Positions 17,988-28,838 of a stretch of DNA of 64,000 bases are shown in pieces. A program made the translations under genes and the position numbers. Positions within the stretch are counted from its first letter, which is position 1. Every line of letters begins with the position of its first letter. The notes beneath the pieces are model-generated. The model worked only from the letters and a program-made list of their open reading frames with translations, searched no databases and was not told the DNA's origin. Source of the stretch: an uncultured Verrucomicrobiota bacterium (lineage in GTDB: Bacteria > Verrucomicrobiota > Verrucomicrobiia > Opitutales > Seribacteraceae); the NCBI GenBank assembly GCA_902612125.1, contig CACMBV010000002.1, positions 73,282 through 137,281 on the forward strand, written 5' to 3'.

Positions 17988-19712
17988 ATGCATAAGCTTT
18001 CACATTTGTATTTAGATAGCAAAGCGGGTGTAAATGTTGCATTACTTGCAATCCCTCAAGGCATGGCTTATGCCCTCATAGCTGGACTACCTCTCCATTT
18101 TGGACTCCTTGCCTCCGGAGTTTCTGCTCTCATAGGCGGGATCTTTGGTGGAGGAAGGTTCATAACCCTAGGTCCCACTAACGCCACGGCTGTACTTCTT
18201 CTTGGCGTCTTTCTTCATTTAAATATGGTGTCAGATAATGGAGAATTAACCTACCATGCTCTTTTAGTATTGCCCAGTATTTTAATTTGTTCGGGCATTT
18301 GGCTAGTTCTGGCTAGTTTTTTTAGAATATCATTTCTTATTAAATTTATATCTAGGACGGTAATAACAGGCTATATTACTGCCGCATCTTTTTTAATCAT
18401 TATTAATCAAATGGATAATGTTTTTGGACTTCAAAAACCAATTCCTGTCGGAACAAATTTCTTCGAGACTATCTTTCATATAATAGATGTTTTCAACAGC
18501 TACTCTATTTCTTCTATTTTTCTAAGTATCATTACCGTGGCTTGTTTTTTTGTTTTAAGAGGAAAATTTAAAAATCTTCCTAATATCGCTATAAGTCTAG
18601 TTGTGGGTTCTTTGGTTGGCCAATTTCTGGCTTACCAAAATTTTAAGGTGTTCTGCCTAAAGCCGTTTGACGGAAGTAATTTTCCTTTATCAGTTCCTGA
18701 TTTTTCAATGTTTATTGCACATTGGGAAATTATATTACAATCCTCTTTTGCTATTGCTCTTCTATGTCTGATTGAAGGTCTCTCCATTGGGAAATCTCTT
18801 GCTTCTAGAAATGGAAAAAGAATTGAAAGTGACAGGGAGTCGTTTTCTTTTGGAATGGCAAATTTTGGCTGTGCTTTCTTTTCAGGCATGCCAGCATCCG
18901 GCTCTCTTACTCGATCTAGCCTTAATGTAAATTCCGGAGCAAAGTCTGGTCTTTCAAATATCTTTACTGGTCTTTTAGTGCTAATTGGATATTTTTTTTT
19001 GGGGAAAGCTGTGCAATGGATTCCAGTCTCCGTTCTGTCTTCTCTGGTTGTCGTTATAGGCTTTTCACTGCTTAAGAAAAATCAATTGGTTACAGCTATA
19101 AAATCTTCTAACTCGGATGCATTGACTTTTGTTGTAACTTTTACCTTGGGTCTAATCTTCTCCTTACAATTTGCAATTTTAGTTGGAGTGGTAACTTCTC
19201 TCTTCCTTTTCCTTAAAAAAGTCGCTGAACCAGAGATGACTGAACATGGTTACAACGAAGATGGAGAACTTACTTATATCGCCAATATAACAAAATCTTC
19301 CCAACCCGAAGTTTCCATAGTGCATGTTGAGGGCGAACTCTTTTTCGCTGCCGCTGATTTATTTTACGAACAAATAAGACGGGTTGGCGAAAATAGAAAC
19401 ATTAAGGTGCTAGTTCTAAAATTACTTAATGCTCATCATTTGGACGCTACATCAGTGCTAGCTCTTGAAGAATTGCTTGAGTACTATCAAGAAAAAAAAT
19501 GTCATGTCTTACTTTGCGAAGTAAGAAGAGATGCTATAAAAATCCTTAAAAATTCTGGGGTTATGGCTCGTGTAAATCGTAAAAATATTTTTCCTCACAT
19601 TCGTTCAAACCCCACCCTTTCGACAGCAAAGGCGATTAAGCGAGCCAAGGCTCTACTAAGTCATCATAACGCAAAAGTCACGATCTATTCAAACGAGAAA
19701 AAAGGTAGGTAA
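17988..19712 (+). CDS. SulP family anion transporter with STAS domain
   Basis: AIPQGMAYALIAGLP, GPT, SGSLTRS, C-terminal GELFFAAA...LDATSV. Confidence 0.93.
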   Translation: MHKLSHLYLDSKAGVNVALLAIPQGMAYALIAGLPLHFGLLASGVSALIGGIFGGGRFITLGPTNATAVLLLGVFLHLNMVSDNGELTYHALLVLPSILICSGIWLVLASFFRISFLIKFISRTVITGYITAASFLIIINQMDNVFGLQKPIPVGTNFFETIFHIIDVFNSYSISSIFLSIITVACFFVLRGKFKNLPNIAISLVVGSLVGQFLAYQNFKVFCLKPFDGSNFPLSVPDFSMFIAHWEIILQSSFAIALLCLIEGLSIGKSLASRNGKRIESDRESFSFGMANFGCAFFSGMPASGSLTRSSLNVNSGAKSGLSNIFTGLLVLIGYFFLGKAVQWIPVSVLSSLVVVIGFSLLKKNQLVTAIKSSNSDALTFVVTFTLGLIFSLQFAILVGVVTSLFLFLKKVAEPEMTEHGYNEDGELTYIANITKSSQPEVSIVHVEGELFFAAADLFYEQIRRVGENRNIKVLVLKLLNAHHLDATSVLALEELLEYYQEKKCHVLLCEVRRDAIKILKNSGVMARVNRKNIFPHIRSNPTLSTAKAIKRAKALLSHHNAKVTIYSNEKKGR

Positions 19713-19722
19713 TTTTTTAGGA

Positions 19723-20478
19723 TTACCTTTCCAAGAATGGGTCAGTCGTGTCCTCATCAAATCGCTCAAGAAAAACATCTTCTTCCGGTCTGTCTAAGTT
19801 TTTAATTTCGGTTTCCAAGTCTGCGATTTTTGCAATCAACTTATTCGCTTTATCTAAATCAGCAGCCAGGTAGGCTTCAGAAAGTTGTTGTTTAAGACTA
19901 ACGAGATCTGCTTCTAAATTTTGTTCTCTTTGCGCACGCTCCATTTGCTGCCTTGTTTCTTCCCTAGCTTCAACAAAACGAGTGTGGTTAAACTGAAGTA
20001 AAGCATTCATTTCTTCAGCCAAGTCTTCCTGCTCTTTTTTTAATTTAGAGATTTCAACGATACTTTCATCTCTTGTAATCTCAGGTAAATTAGGTTGATA
20101 AAGGGATTCTTCGAGTTCATGAATCTCTTTTTTTATTTGTTTTATTTTGTCTTTTAAGTGCTCCTTTTTCTCGGAGTAATTCATTTTTGGAGCTATTACT
20201 TCTTTGGCTTCCAGAAATGTAGTGTGTCCCCCTTCCTCAATTGACTGCAATTCTTTGTAAAGTAATTCTATCTGTCCTTTACAGGCTTCAATATCTCCAG
20301 TCAAGTTTACTCCACCTTTTGATCGCCTCTTAAGATCACGCAAAAGTTGTCTCTGTTCTCTAAGTTCTTTTCTCACCGATGATCTGGATTCTCGATCTTT
20401 CTGTTTAGGTGATGAAACTTCGGGTATTATATCATGTGAATCTTCTTCTAAATTATCTGTTTGTTCATTCATGTCCAT
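19723..20478 (-). CDS. Acidic coiled-coil hypothetical protein
   Basis: 251 aa, E/K/L-rich heptads, duplicated HTxFxEA(K/R)E motif. Confidence 0.65.
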   Translation of the reverse strand: MDMNEQTDNLEEDSHDIIPEVSSPKQKDRESRSSVRKELREQRQLLRDLKRRSKGGVNLTGDIEACKGQIELLYKELQSIEEGGHTTFLEAKEVIAPKMNYSEKKEHLKDKIKQIKKEIHELEESLYQPNLPEITRDESIVEISKLKKEQEDLAEEMNALLQFNHTRFVEAREETRQQMERAQREQNLEADLVSLKQQLSEAYLAADLDKANKLIAKIADLETEIKNLDRPEEDVFLERFDEDTTDPFLER

Positions 20479-20582
20479 TGCAACAATTGGTATAAATTAA
20501 TTAGATGGGATTATTAACAAACTGGAAAAATGAATTGTTTTTACAATTCTATATGAAATTTAAATTTTACTGCAAGTTTGAA

Positions 20583-21380
20583 TCAGCTTAATAATCTGAA
20601 AAATTTTTCTGTGTTGCTGTAAATTGTATTTTCTATCAATTGTGAGTCTTCCTCAAAAAGGGATTTCAGAAATACAAGAAGCTCCCTTACCCTGAATGGT
20701 TCATTTTTACATTTTCTATAAGGTTCAGGGCATAAATAAGGACTGTCTGTTTCTAGCATAAGCTTCTCGATGCCCTGGTATCTAACTGCATCTAAAATTT
20801 GACCGTTTCCTGCATAAGTAATATTACCTGTAAAGGAAGCTCGTCCTCCTCTGTCAACTAATTTTTGGATTTGTAGTTTTCCGTTTGAAAAACAATGAAA
20901 TACGACTTTTTGCCAATCCAAACCACTCTGATCAATTAGACTTACGCAATCCTCAAAAGAATTCCTCGAATGAATAATCGTCGGAATGTCCAATAACTTC
21001 GCTAATTGCAACTGTCTGGAAAAGCATTGTTGTTGTTGATTTACCTTCTTCTCCGCTAAATTTTTATCCTTAGGGAGGTGAAAATAATCTAGGCCGATTT
21101 CTCCAAACGCCACTGGTTGACAAACACTGTTCCAGTATTCAGGGATCTTTTCAATGTCTTTGGACCAATCTTTTCCGACATTGCAAGGATGCAAGCCGAC
21201 TGAATAAAAAATGTTAGGTTTACTCTGGGCAAGAGACTGATAGCAATCCCAATCATCAATGCTTGTTCCTATGGTGATCAGTTTTTTGACCCCGGCACTT
21301 TTTGCTTTAGACAATACCCCATCCAAAGACTTTTTTTGCACAAAGGATTGAAGGTGACAGTGGCTATCAATTAAAGACAT
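20583..21380 (-). CDS. tatD: TatD family hydrolase
   Basis: LIDSHCHL, GLHP, GEIGLDY, IHSR, FHCFS, LETDSPYL. Confidence 0.93.
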   Translation of the reverse strand: MSLIDSHCHLQSFVQKKSLDGVLSKAKSAGVKKLITIGTSIDDWDCYQSLAQSKPNIFYSVGLHPCNVGKDWSKDIEKIPEYWNSVCQPVAFGEIGLDYFHLPKDKNLAEKKVNQQQQCFSRQLQLAKLLDIPTIIHSRNSFEDCVSLIDQSGLDWQKVVFHCFSNGKLQIQKLVDRGGRASFTGNITYAGNGQILDAVRYQGIEKLMLETDSPYLCPEPYRKCKNEPFRVRELLVFLKSLFEEDSQLIENTIYSNTEKFFRLLS

Positions 21381-21447
21381 CTCGACATTCTAAAAATTTA
21401 AATCAATTATGGAAACTACTTCTGTAAAAGTTGATCTACAAAAATTC

Positions 21448-22371
21448 ATGGAAAATATTATCATTATAGGCACGGGTTGTGCCGGCTTTACCGCGGGCAT
21501 TTACGCTGCTCGAGCAAATCTTAATCCCCTGATTCTGGAGGGTAAGCAACCGGGTGGACAATTAACCACCACCTCGGAAGTGGAAAACTTTCCCGGCTTC
21601 CCGGAAGGAATTGATGGATTCATGCTCATGGATAACTTACGCAAACAAGCCCTCAAATTTGGAGCAAGAATCAAACATGCATTGGTAAACTCAGTTATTT
21701 TCGGGGAGGGAAAAAAAACACTCAAATTGGGTGATGAGTCCATTGAAGCAAAGGCAGTAATTATTGCCACAGGAGCGGCACCTAGGCTTCTGGGAATACC
21801 CGGTGAACAGGAAATGTATGGAGGTAAAGGAGTTACCACTTGTGCGACATGCGATGGTGCATTTTACCGAAACATGGATGTTGTCGTTGTTGGAGGGGGG
21901 GACTCGGCATGTGAAGAAGCGTTATTTTTAACCCGTTTTTGCTCATCAGTCACCATTCTGCACCGACGAGACCAATTTCGTGCATCAAAAATTATGGCTC
22001 AACGAGTGTTGGAACATCCGAAAATAAAAGTCTTATGGGAAACAAAGCCAGAAAAAATTATTCCCGGTGAAGATGGTAAAGCCAAAAGTGTAATGATTTC
22101 GGGTACGAAAGACGGAAAAACTTCAGAAGTATTCTGCAAGGGAATTTTTGTAGCGATTGGTCACATTCCAAATACAGAATGCTTTAAAGATGAATTGGAT
22201 CTGGACGAAAACGGATATTTGTTACCGCTGAAAGGAAGCAACGTACTAACTAAAATACCAGGAGTTTACATAGCAGGAGACTGTGCAGATCATGTCTATA
22301 GACAGGCTATCACTGCCTCAGGCATGGGTTGCCAAGCTGCGATTGAAGCGGAGCGATGGCTTGCAGAGTAA
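21448..22371 (+). CDS. trxB: Thioredoxin-disulfide reductase
   Basis: [42 protein letters not shown]; start set at ATG 21448. Confidence 0.96.
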   Translation: MENIIIIGTGCAGFTAGIYAARANLNPLILEGKQPGGQLTTTSEVENFPGFPEGIDGFMLMDNLRKQALKFGARIKHALVNSVIFGEGKKTLKLGDESIEAKAVIIATGAAPRLLGIPGEQEMYGGKGVTTCATCDGAFYRNMDVVVVGGGDSACEEALFLTRFCSSVTILHRRDQFRASKIMAQRVLEHPKIKVLWETKPEKIIPGEDGKAKSVMISGTKDGKTSEVFCKGIFVAIGHIPNTECFKDELDLDENGYLLPLKGSNVLTKIPGVYIAGDCADHVYRQAITASGMGCQAAIEAERWLAE

Positions 22372-22385
22372 ATTAAATAACCGAA

Positions 22386-24032
22386 ATGTCCGACAGAAAA
22401 CTCTCTGGAAATCTAGTACGACACCTTGAGAAAAACGCTACAGAAATTCCCAGTGAAATGGCGATTATTTCTGCTTGCGATTCACCCTTCAAAAAAACCT
22501 TTAATGAATTGCATGAAGACGTAATTTTGTGTAGCACATTTTTTCAAAAAAAAGGCGTACAAAGAAATGACCGTGCACTGCTCATGGTCAAACCAGGTTA
22601 CGAACTAATAATATGTTGTTTTGCTCTTTTATTTATCGGTGCAATACCAATTATTATAGATCCCGGAATGGGATTAAAATCACTATTAAAGTGTATTAAA
22701 CGTAGCAAGCCGCAAACTCTGATTGCAATTAATATGGGTATCTGGATTTCCACGCTCTTTCGGACATCCTTTTCTAGTCTAAGATTAAAAATACGCATAA
22801 CCAAAAACTTTTTGGTAGGAACAAAAAGAAAATTTAGGGTCAATCCATCGCAAATGCATTATTCCCAAGATAAAGACTTGGCTGCAATTGTTTTTACTTC
22901 CGGGTCAACCGGACCACCCAAAGGAGTTCGATATCTTCACAGAAACTTCAATGCACAGATTCAAACTCTAGAAAGGGAATTTGGAATACAAAGAGGAGAA
23001 GTCGACATGGTAACACTTCCCATTTTTTCGCTTTTTAATCCTGCATTGGGTGTCACCTCTGTAATCCCGGAAATGAATCCCAGGAAGCCTGCAAAAGCCA
23101 ATGCCGAAAAACTCGTACAAACAATCTTGGACCATCAGGTAACATCCGCCTTTTGTTCGCCTGTTATCGGAAAAAAAATCAGTGATTATTGCCAGAAAAA
23201 TGGCGTTTGCTTAAGAAATGTCCGACGTATCATGTTAGCTGGGGCACCAGTTACACCAAAACTGGTTCATAGATTAGCAAGTTATCTTCCGTTGGGGAAA
23301 GTTTTCATTCCATATGGAGCAACGGAGGCACTCCCGGTCAGTTACTCCAATCATAATCAAATTTCCAGACTTAATCAGTCCATAATAAATGGAGATGGGT
23401 CATGCCTTGGTAAGCCCGTCAATAATGTATCTATTCAGCTCATGCCAGTAAAAAACTCTCCCATTCCCAACCAAGATGAAGACGAGATTATCCCTGTGTC
23501 TAATAAATTTGAAACTGGGGAAATCTGTGTTTCAGGAATTTGCGTAACCGACGGATATGACCAAATGCCTGGTGCCACTAGGGATGCGCGTTTTAGATTC
23601 AATTCCAGAACATATCATCGAATGGGTGACTTGGGATATTGGGATGACGAAGGCAATCTGCGCTTCCTAGGCAGAAAAGCGGAATGTGTCCAAACTAAAT
23701 TTGGCCCACTTGAAACAGAGAGATGTGAACCCATGATAAATAATCTTAATGGGGTACATAGATGTGCCCTGATCGGGATTGGAACGAAAAAAATACAAGA
23801 GCCATGTTTGGTGGTGGAAATGTCCAATATTAGATCTGATATAACGAAGCTTTCCGAACAAATTTATTCGATCATTGAAGAGAATTTTGGTCATTTTGGA
23901 ATGCGAAGGCTTTTCTTTCAGCGAAGGCTTCCTGTTGATGCTAGACATAACGCCAAAATTCATCGACTGGTCCTATCTCAAAAATGGTCAAAAGAGGTAT
24001 TAAAGGATCAGGCAATTGGCATTGAAAAGTGA
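22386..24032 (+). CDS. oleC: OleC-like AMP-dependent ligase (olefin beta-lactone synthetase)
   Basis: IDPGMG, FTSGSTGPPKG, PYGATEALP, HRMGDLGY, C-terminal PVDARHNAKI; overlaps an oleD-like gene. Confidence 0.75.
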   Translation: MSDRKLSGNLVRHLEKNATEIPSEMAIISACDSPFKKTFNELHEDVILCSTFFQKKGVQRNDRALLMVKPGYELIICCFALLFIGAIPIIIDPGMGLKSLLKCIKRSKPQTLIAINMGIWISTLFRTSFSSLRLKIRITKNFLVGTKRKFRVNPSQMHYSQDKDLAAIVFTSGSTGPPKGVRYLHRNFNAQIQTLEREFGIQRGEVDMVTLPIFSLFNPALGVTSVIPEMNPRKPAKANAEKLVQTILDHQVTSAFCSPVIGKKISDYCQKNGVCLRNVRRIMLAGAPVTPKLVHRLASYLPLGKVFIPYGATEALPVSYSNHNQISRLNQSIINGDGSCLGKPVNNVSIQLMPVKNSPIPNQDEDEIIPVSNKFETGEICVSGICVTDGYDQMPGATRDARFRFNSRTYHRMGDLGYWDDEGNLRFLGRKAECVQTKFGPLETERCEPMINNLNGVHRCALIGIGTKKIQEPCLVVEMSNIRSDITKLSEQIYSIIEENFGHFGMRRLFFQRRLPVDARHNAKIHRLVLSQKWSKEVLKDQAIGIEK

Positions 24033-25015
24033 AAATTATAGTAACAGGGGGCCTCGGCTTCTTAGGAAGTGAAATTTCCAAAAAACTATCTGAACTTGGT
24101 CATGAGGTTGAAACCTTGAGCCGTACAAATTTTAATAATGAGAGAAATAAAATTAAACACCACCAAGTAGATCTGTCTCAAAAAATTGATAATACAAGAA
24201 TATTTGATGGGGTTCAATGTATTTTTCACACTGCAGCAAAAGCTGGAATTGATGGAAGATATGATGATTATTATACAGCCAATTACATCGCAACGGAAAA
24301 TCTCTTAGAAGTTGCTAAAATCAGTGGTGTCCAATTTTTCATTTACACAAGTTCACCAAGTGTCGTTTTCTCTGGCAATGCAATAAAAGAGGGAAAAGAA
24401 GATATGCCATACATTTCTTCGCGTATATCCCCTTATTCTTACACTAAATCAATCGCTGAAAAGAAGGTTCTCTCGTCGAATAACGAAACTTTTGCTTCAG
24501 TTGCCCTCCGGCCACACTTAATTTGGGGAGAGAATGACCCACATCTCTTACCTAAAGTAATTTGCCGACACCGCAGCGGAAAACTGAAAATTATCGGTGA
24601 TGGCTTAAACCAAGTGGATTTAACACATGTTGACAATGTAGTGCATGCCCACATCTTGGCCCTCAACTGTCTCATAATGGGAAAACCAATTGGTGGTCGT
24701 GCCTATTTCATCTCACAAAACGAACCAGTGCAACTATGGTCTTGGCTTAACTTTATTTTTACAAAGCTTGATCTGCATCCAGTCAAAGAGAAAATTAGTC
24801 TTAGGAAAGCATATTCCATTGGACTTGCCGCAGAACTATTATGGAAAATTTTCCCCATGAAGTCAGATTTGCCAATGACTCGTTTTGTTGCCTGCCAATT
24901 AGCTCATGATCATTGGTTTTCAAGTGCCGCTGCCAAGCGGGATCTTGGATATGAGCCCATTCTTTCGATGAAAGAAGCACTGGACAAAACAACACCTTGG
25001 CTAAAGAGTCTTTGA
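24029..25015 (+). CDS. oleD: OleD-like NAD(P)-dependent 2-alkyl-3-oxoalkanoate reductase (3-beta-HSD family)
   Basis: TGGLGFLG, HTAAKAG, YTSSPSVVF, YxxxK, LRPHLIWG. Confidence 0.75.
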   Translation: MKIIVTGGLGFLGSEISKKLSELGHEVETLSRTNFNNERNKIKHHQVDLSQKIDNTRIFDGVQCIFHTAAKAGIDGRYDDYYTANYIATENLLEVAKISGVQFFIYTSSPSVVFSGNAIKEGKEDMPYISSRISPYSYTKSIAEKKVLSSNNETFASVALRPHLIWGENDPHLLPKVICRHRSGKLKIIGDGLNQVDLTHVDNVVHAHILALNCLIMGKPIGGRAYFISQNEPVQLWSWLNFIFTKLDLHPVKEKISLRKAYSIGLAAELLWKIFPMKSDLPMTRFVACQLAHDHWFSSAAAKRDLGYEPILSMKEALDKTTPWLKSL

Positions 25016-25810
25016 AATCATCTTCCTACGGTTAATTTCCATGAGTACTCCAGCAGTTGCACAATTCAAATTTAAGGAACTCCCGCGTCCCTGCATAGGA
25101 ATCGAAACCATCACATCCGCATTCGTTTCCCAAAACTGGCCCAGTCCTCTCTTTTCACTTCCCATAAGCAGTGCGGTTTTCGGGCAGAAATTATATTCAT
25201 AGATCGATTTTTCAGCCTGTGAACTTGTGCCCACAACCAAAAGGCCCGTTTTACGAATCCAATCCATAACCTCCGCTTTTGTTCCCCAAGATACCTTCAT
25301 ACTGGCAAATAATCCCATCGAAGACCTAATTACATTTGGATTATAAAAATCTACACTCGGGTCCGATAATAGAACTGACTCAACTCCCATGGCTTCTGCA
25401 GTTCTGAGAATGGCACCTAAATTTCCTGGTTTTTCAATTTCATCCAGAATGAGAACCAAGTCATTATTTTTTATTTCATGATTTTTTAAGTTAATTTCCC
25501 AAGTTTTGGCAACCCCGATCAGTTTAGTCGTCTGCCCCCGGTAGGAAATCTTGCTCATCGGTTCTTCGGCCAGTTCAAAGCAGGCAACCTGCTGCCTTGT
25601 TTGTGTTTCTAGGATTGATCCTACTTCTTCTTCAGAGTTCTGAAGAAAATAAAGTTCTTCCAAAGAATGTCCTGCTGCGATCAGGGCTTCGATCTCCCTT
25701 TTTCCCTCCACCAGAAATAATCCCGTATCTTTTCGGTAGTGACTGGATTTTCTGAGACGAACCAAATGTTTAATCTTCTGATTCGAAGTGCTTTCTATTC
25801 TTATCTGCAA
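25001..25810 (-). CDS. TrmH/SpoU family RNA 2'-O-methyltransferase
   Basis: EKPGNLGAILRTA, MGSEKRGL, IPMQGRGSSLNL; start moved to TTG 25810 to avoid overlap with the divergent gene. Confidence 0.9.
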   Translation of the reverse strand: MQIRIESTSNQKIKHLVRLRKSSHYRKDTGLFLVEGKREIEALIAAGHSLEELYFLQNSEEEVGSILETQTRQQVACFELAEEPMSKISYRGQTTKLIGVAKTWEINLKNHEIKNNDLVLILDEIEKPGNLGAILRTAEAMGVESVLLSDPSVDFYNPNVIRSSMGLFASMKVSWGTKAEVMDWIRKTGLLVVGTSSQAEKSIYEYNFCPKTALLMGSEKRGLGQFWETNADVMVSIPMQGRGSSLNLNCATAGVLMEINRRKMISKTL

Positions 25811-25865
25811 GGTTGTAAAAAAACGATTTTGCCTGAAAATAGCGAGTCCGTTAAGAAAATTCATC

Positions 25866-27086
25866 ATGAATAATTCTCCAAAAGGGTTTACACCACATCC
25901 CTACCCCTATCACCACCTGCTTGACTTAGAAATTGAGTCTCTAACTAACTTGGGTCTTGGTTTGGGCAGAGACAAAGGCTGGGTCATTCAAGTGCCCTAT
26001 GTTTTACCTGGTGAGAAAATCCAAGCTCGGATTTACCGTAACCATAAAAATTACTCATCCGCTGACTGTGTATTTGTGCACCGTACATCTCCGGACCGGG
26101 TGGAGCCGGTGTGCGGCCTTTTTGGGGAATGCGGTGGTTGTCAGTACCAACATATGGATTATGCAAGCCAATTAAAATGGAAGCGGAAACAGGTCGAAAG
26201 TTCTTTTGCAAGGATCGGAAGAATTGAATTTACAGTTAACCGACCAATCCCATCTCCACAGAAATATGGCTACCGCTCTAAGCTTACTCCTCATTTCGAA
26301 AAACCTCATCCTTCACATTTTTTTAAAGTGGGGTTTTTAAAACAAGGAACCCGCAGGTCCTTGATTGATATTGACCAGTGCCCGATAGCCACTGAAAAAA
26401 TTAACCAGGTCTTGCCGTTGGCGAGGAAAACCCTAGCAGAAAGAAGATTCGGACTAAAAAAAGGGGGCACCTTACTTTTGCGAGACACCAACGGATATAT
26501 AACCACAGATCCAAATGAACTGGTGCAGGAAAGAATTGGCGACCTTACTTTTCAGTTTCGGGCAGGAGATTTTTTTCAAAATAATCCCTCTATACTTCCT
26601 GAGCTAGTAAATTATGTAATCAAACAATCTCAGCCCCAGAAGACATCTTTTTTAATTGATGCCTACTGTGGCAGCGGTCTTTTTGGAATTTCTGCCTCAC
26701 CCCACTTTAACAAAGTAATTGGAATCGAAATTAGCCGGGAAGGGTTTCATGGAGCACAAGCGAATGCCAAACTCAACAGGATAGTGAATGCGGAATTTAT
26801 TTTAGGAGATGCATCTTCTATTTTTGATGCGATCGACTCAACTTTTCGACCATGCACACTGCTTGTAGACCCCCCAAGAAGGGGATGCGATCAAAACTTT
26901 CTCTCCCAAGCCTTATCCTTTAGACCGGAATTCATTGTCTACATCTCCTGCGATCCTGCCACGCAAGCCCGCGATGCAAAAATTTTAGTGGAGGGTGGTT
27001 ATTCGATTATGGAAATTCAGCCTTTTGATCTTTTCCCCCAAACTCGTCATATTGAATCCGTGATGACCTTAAAAAAGGTTCCTTAA
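25866..27086 (+). CDS. RlmD/TrmA-family RNA m5U methyltransferase
   Basis: TRAM-like N-terminus, C..FGECGGCQYQH, FFQNN, DAYCGSG, DPPRRG, YISCDPATQARD, DLFPQTRHIE. Confidence 0.92.
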   Translation: MNNSPKGFTPHPYPYHHLLDLEIESLTNLGLGLGRDKGWVIQVPYVLPGEKIQARIYRNHKNYSSADCVFVHRTSPDRVEPVCGLFGECGGCQYQHMDYASQLKWKRKQVESSFARIGRIEFTVNRPIPSPQKYGYRSKLTPHFEKPHPSHFFKVGFLKQGTRRSLIDIDQCPIATEKINQVLPLARKTLAERRFGLKKGGTLLLRDTNGYITTDPNELVQERIGDLTFQFRAGDFFQNNPSILPELVNYVIKQSQPQKTSFLIDAYCGSGLFGISASPHFNKVIGIEISREGFHGAQANAKLNRIVNAEFILGDASSIFDAIDSTFRPCTLLVDPPRRGCDQNFLSQALSFRPEFIVYISCDPATQARDAKILVEGGYSIMEIQPFDLFPQTRHIESVMTLKKVP

Positions 27087-27778
27087 CTGCGGATTCTCTT
27101 TTTCTTCCAATCGAGAGAGGAAAATTGGTGGTGCAATTTTTCCATTTCGTTAGAAAATTTTGAGGTCCAGTTTGCCCGCTCAATTTTCTCCCCGACCATA
27201 TCTGCGAGGCAATGTGTGAGGCTTTCTTGAAATTTTTGTTTATTGAGTGCCCATGCCTTATCCATAAGAATGGTACCTTGAAGTAACAGGCCCTTTCTGG
27301 ATTTTTTCATCGCCGCACCAGCTACCTTTTTTGAGAAATCAACATTCATAAGATCCCATCCCACCGGTTCTTCAAAGCAGTCGCCCGGGATCATTTTTTC
27401 TTTATTAGTTGGGCAGGGCTGCAAGGTTGTTACTACATGTTGGCGGGCAAATGCCGATGCAATACATAGGTGAACCTCCTTGTAAAAATCAAGGGGTTGT
27501 ATGGAGAATGATTGATGAGTCCTGGGGATGACCAGACAATAGGTCCAATCTTTACCGTGCTTCACAATTCCACCGCCAGTAGGTCTGCGAATTAATTGAT
27601 CAACTGAAATACCGGTTATTTCCTCAACCCATTCCCAGTCTTGACCGTATCCAAAGCTTGTTTCCATGGAAGACCACTGGTAATGACGAAAAGACGGCGA
27701 ATCTGCCTGATCGAAAAGTAGCCAATCTCTCGCCATATTCGTCAGACCGTCTTCTATTGCGTTAGGATAAAGGAACAT
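27083..27778 (-). CDS. Lipoate-protein ligase A / LipM-like protein
   Basis: NMARD, RRPTGGGIVKH, KKVAGAA, LLQGTI. Confidence 0.85.
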   Translation of the reverse strand: MFLYPNAIEDGLTNMARDWLLFDQADSPSFRHYQWSSMETSFGYGQDWEWVEEITGISVDQLIRRPTGGGIVKHGKDWTYCLVIPRTHQSFSIQPLDFYKEVHLCIASAFARQHVVTTLQPCPTNKEKMIPGDCFEEPVGWDLMNVDFSKKVAGAAMKKSRKGLLLQGTILMDKAWALNKQKFQESLTHCLADMVGEKIERANWTSKFSNEMEKLHHQFSSLDWKKKRIRS

Positions 27779-27784
27779 TATTAA

Positions 27785-28744
27785 TTATATTCGTAAAGTA
27801 TATTTCGACGGGTCATTCGCATTTTCCTTATACCACTTGAAAAGACCGTCAGGAACTTTTAATCCCTCAAGTTGCTCCCTTATATTCTGTGGTTTTGTTT
27901 TGATTTTACCCATCAAGGGTGAGAGCTCAAAGGTAAGTTTGGCTGGGCGCCTCCCAACCCGCTTGGAAGATTCATTGATAGAACCTCGATTGAGTGAGCT
28001 TGCTGAAAAACCGAACCTTTCGAGGATTCTTTTTCCCAATTCAAAACGAGATATAACTTCAGTTCCTGCCCAGTGAAACAACCCGGTCAGGTTTGGTCTT
28101 TCAAGCAGTTCCACCACAACCGACGCCACATTATCTGCTGAACAGGGTTGCCTGTATTCGTCGTCAAAAAGGGTAAGAGGTTGCCCCTTTTGGATAGATT
28201 CAAAAATTCTTTCATGCGGACTACGATTGGCCCGCGGGCTATTTCCATTAATCAGAGTAAGTCGTAAAACGACTACATTTTCATCGATTGCGGAAAGAAC
28301 TTTTTTTTCGGCCTCCAGCTTTTGATTTCCGTATTCGCTGACTGGCTTGGGCAAATCAGTTGAGCGGTAAGGCTCCTCCCGTCCCTCAAAAACCATATCA
28401 CTTGAAATATGGATAAACCTCGCACCCAGATGAGAGGATATCTCCGCCAGTTTTTGGGCACCATCAACATTTAGTTTTGCTGCTCCCCTTGGATCCTGAT
28501 TTACGGAATCAGGCGAAGAGACAGCCGCACAATTTATAATTGCATCAGGCCATTGGTCGAGTAGCTCGCGCGTGAGTTGCATCTCATCAACCAAACTCAA
28601 CCCCCTGAAGGAAGATAATGGACCTTTATCTGATGGTCTTTGGCAGTATTGAATACTTTCAAAACCTCTTCGATTCAATTCTTGATAAACGGACCATCCC
28701 AATAGCCCAGAAGCTCCAAACAGCACAACTCTCACGACCACCAC
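27785..28744 (-). CDS. RmlD/RfbD-like extended SDR oxidoreductase
   Basis: GASGLLG, NCAA, HISSDMVFEG, YGNQK, LFDDEYRQP. Confidence 0.85.
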   Translation of the reverse strand: MVVVRVVLFGASGLLGWSVYQELNRRGFESIQYCQRPSDKGPLSSFRGLSLVDEMQLTRELLDQWPDAIINCAAVSSPDSVNQDPRGAAKLNVDGAQKLAEISSHLGARFIHISSDMVFEGREEPYRSTDLPKPVSEYGNQKLEAEKKVLSAIDENVVVLRLTLINGNSPRANRSPHERIFESIQKGQPLTLFDDEYRQPCSADNVASVVVELLERPNLTGLFHWAGTEVISRFELGKRILERFGFSASSLNRGSINESSKRVGRRPAKLTFELSPLMGKIKTKPQNIREQLEGLKVPDGLFKWYKENANDPSKYTLRI

Positions 28745-28838
28745 TATTACAAAAGTGTTTCAGACGCACAATACGCGAATTCAAGGAAAAGCTTTTCCTT
28801 GAAGTATGAGTAGCATGAGGATAGCTTACCCTTTGCCA

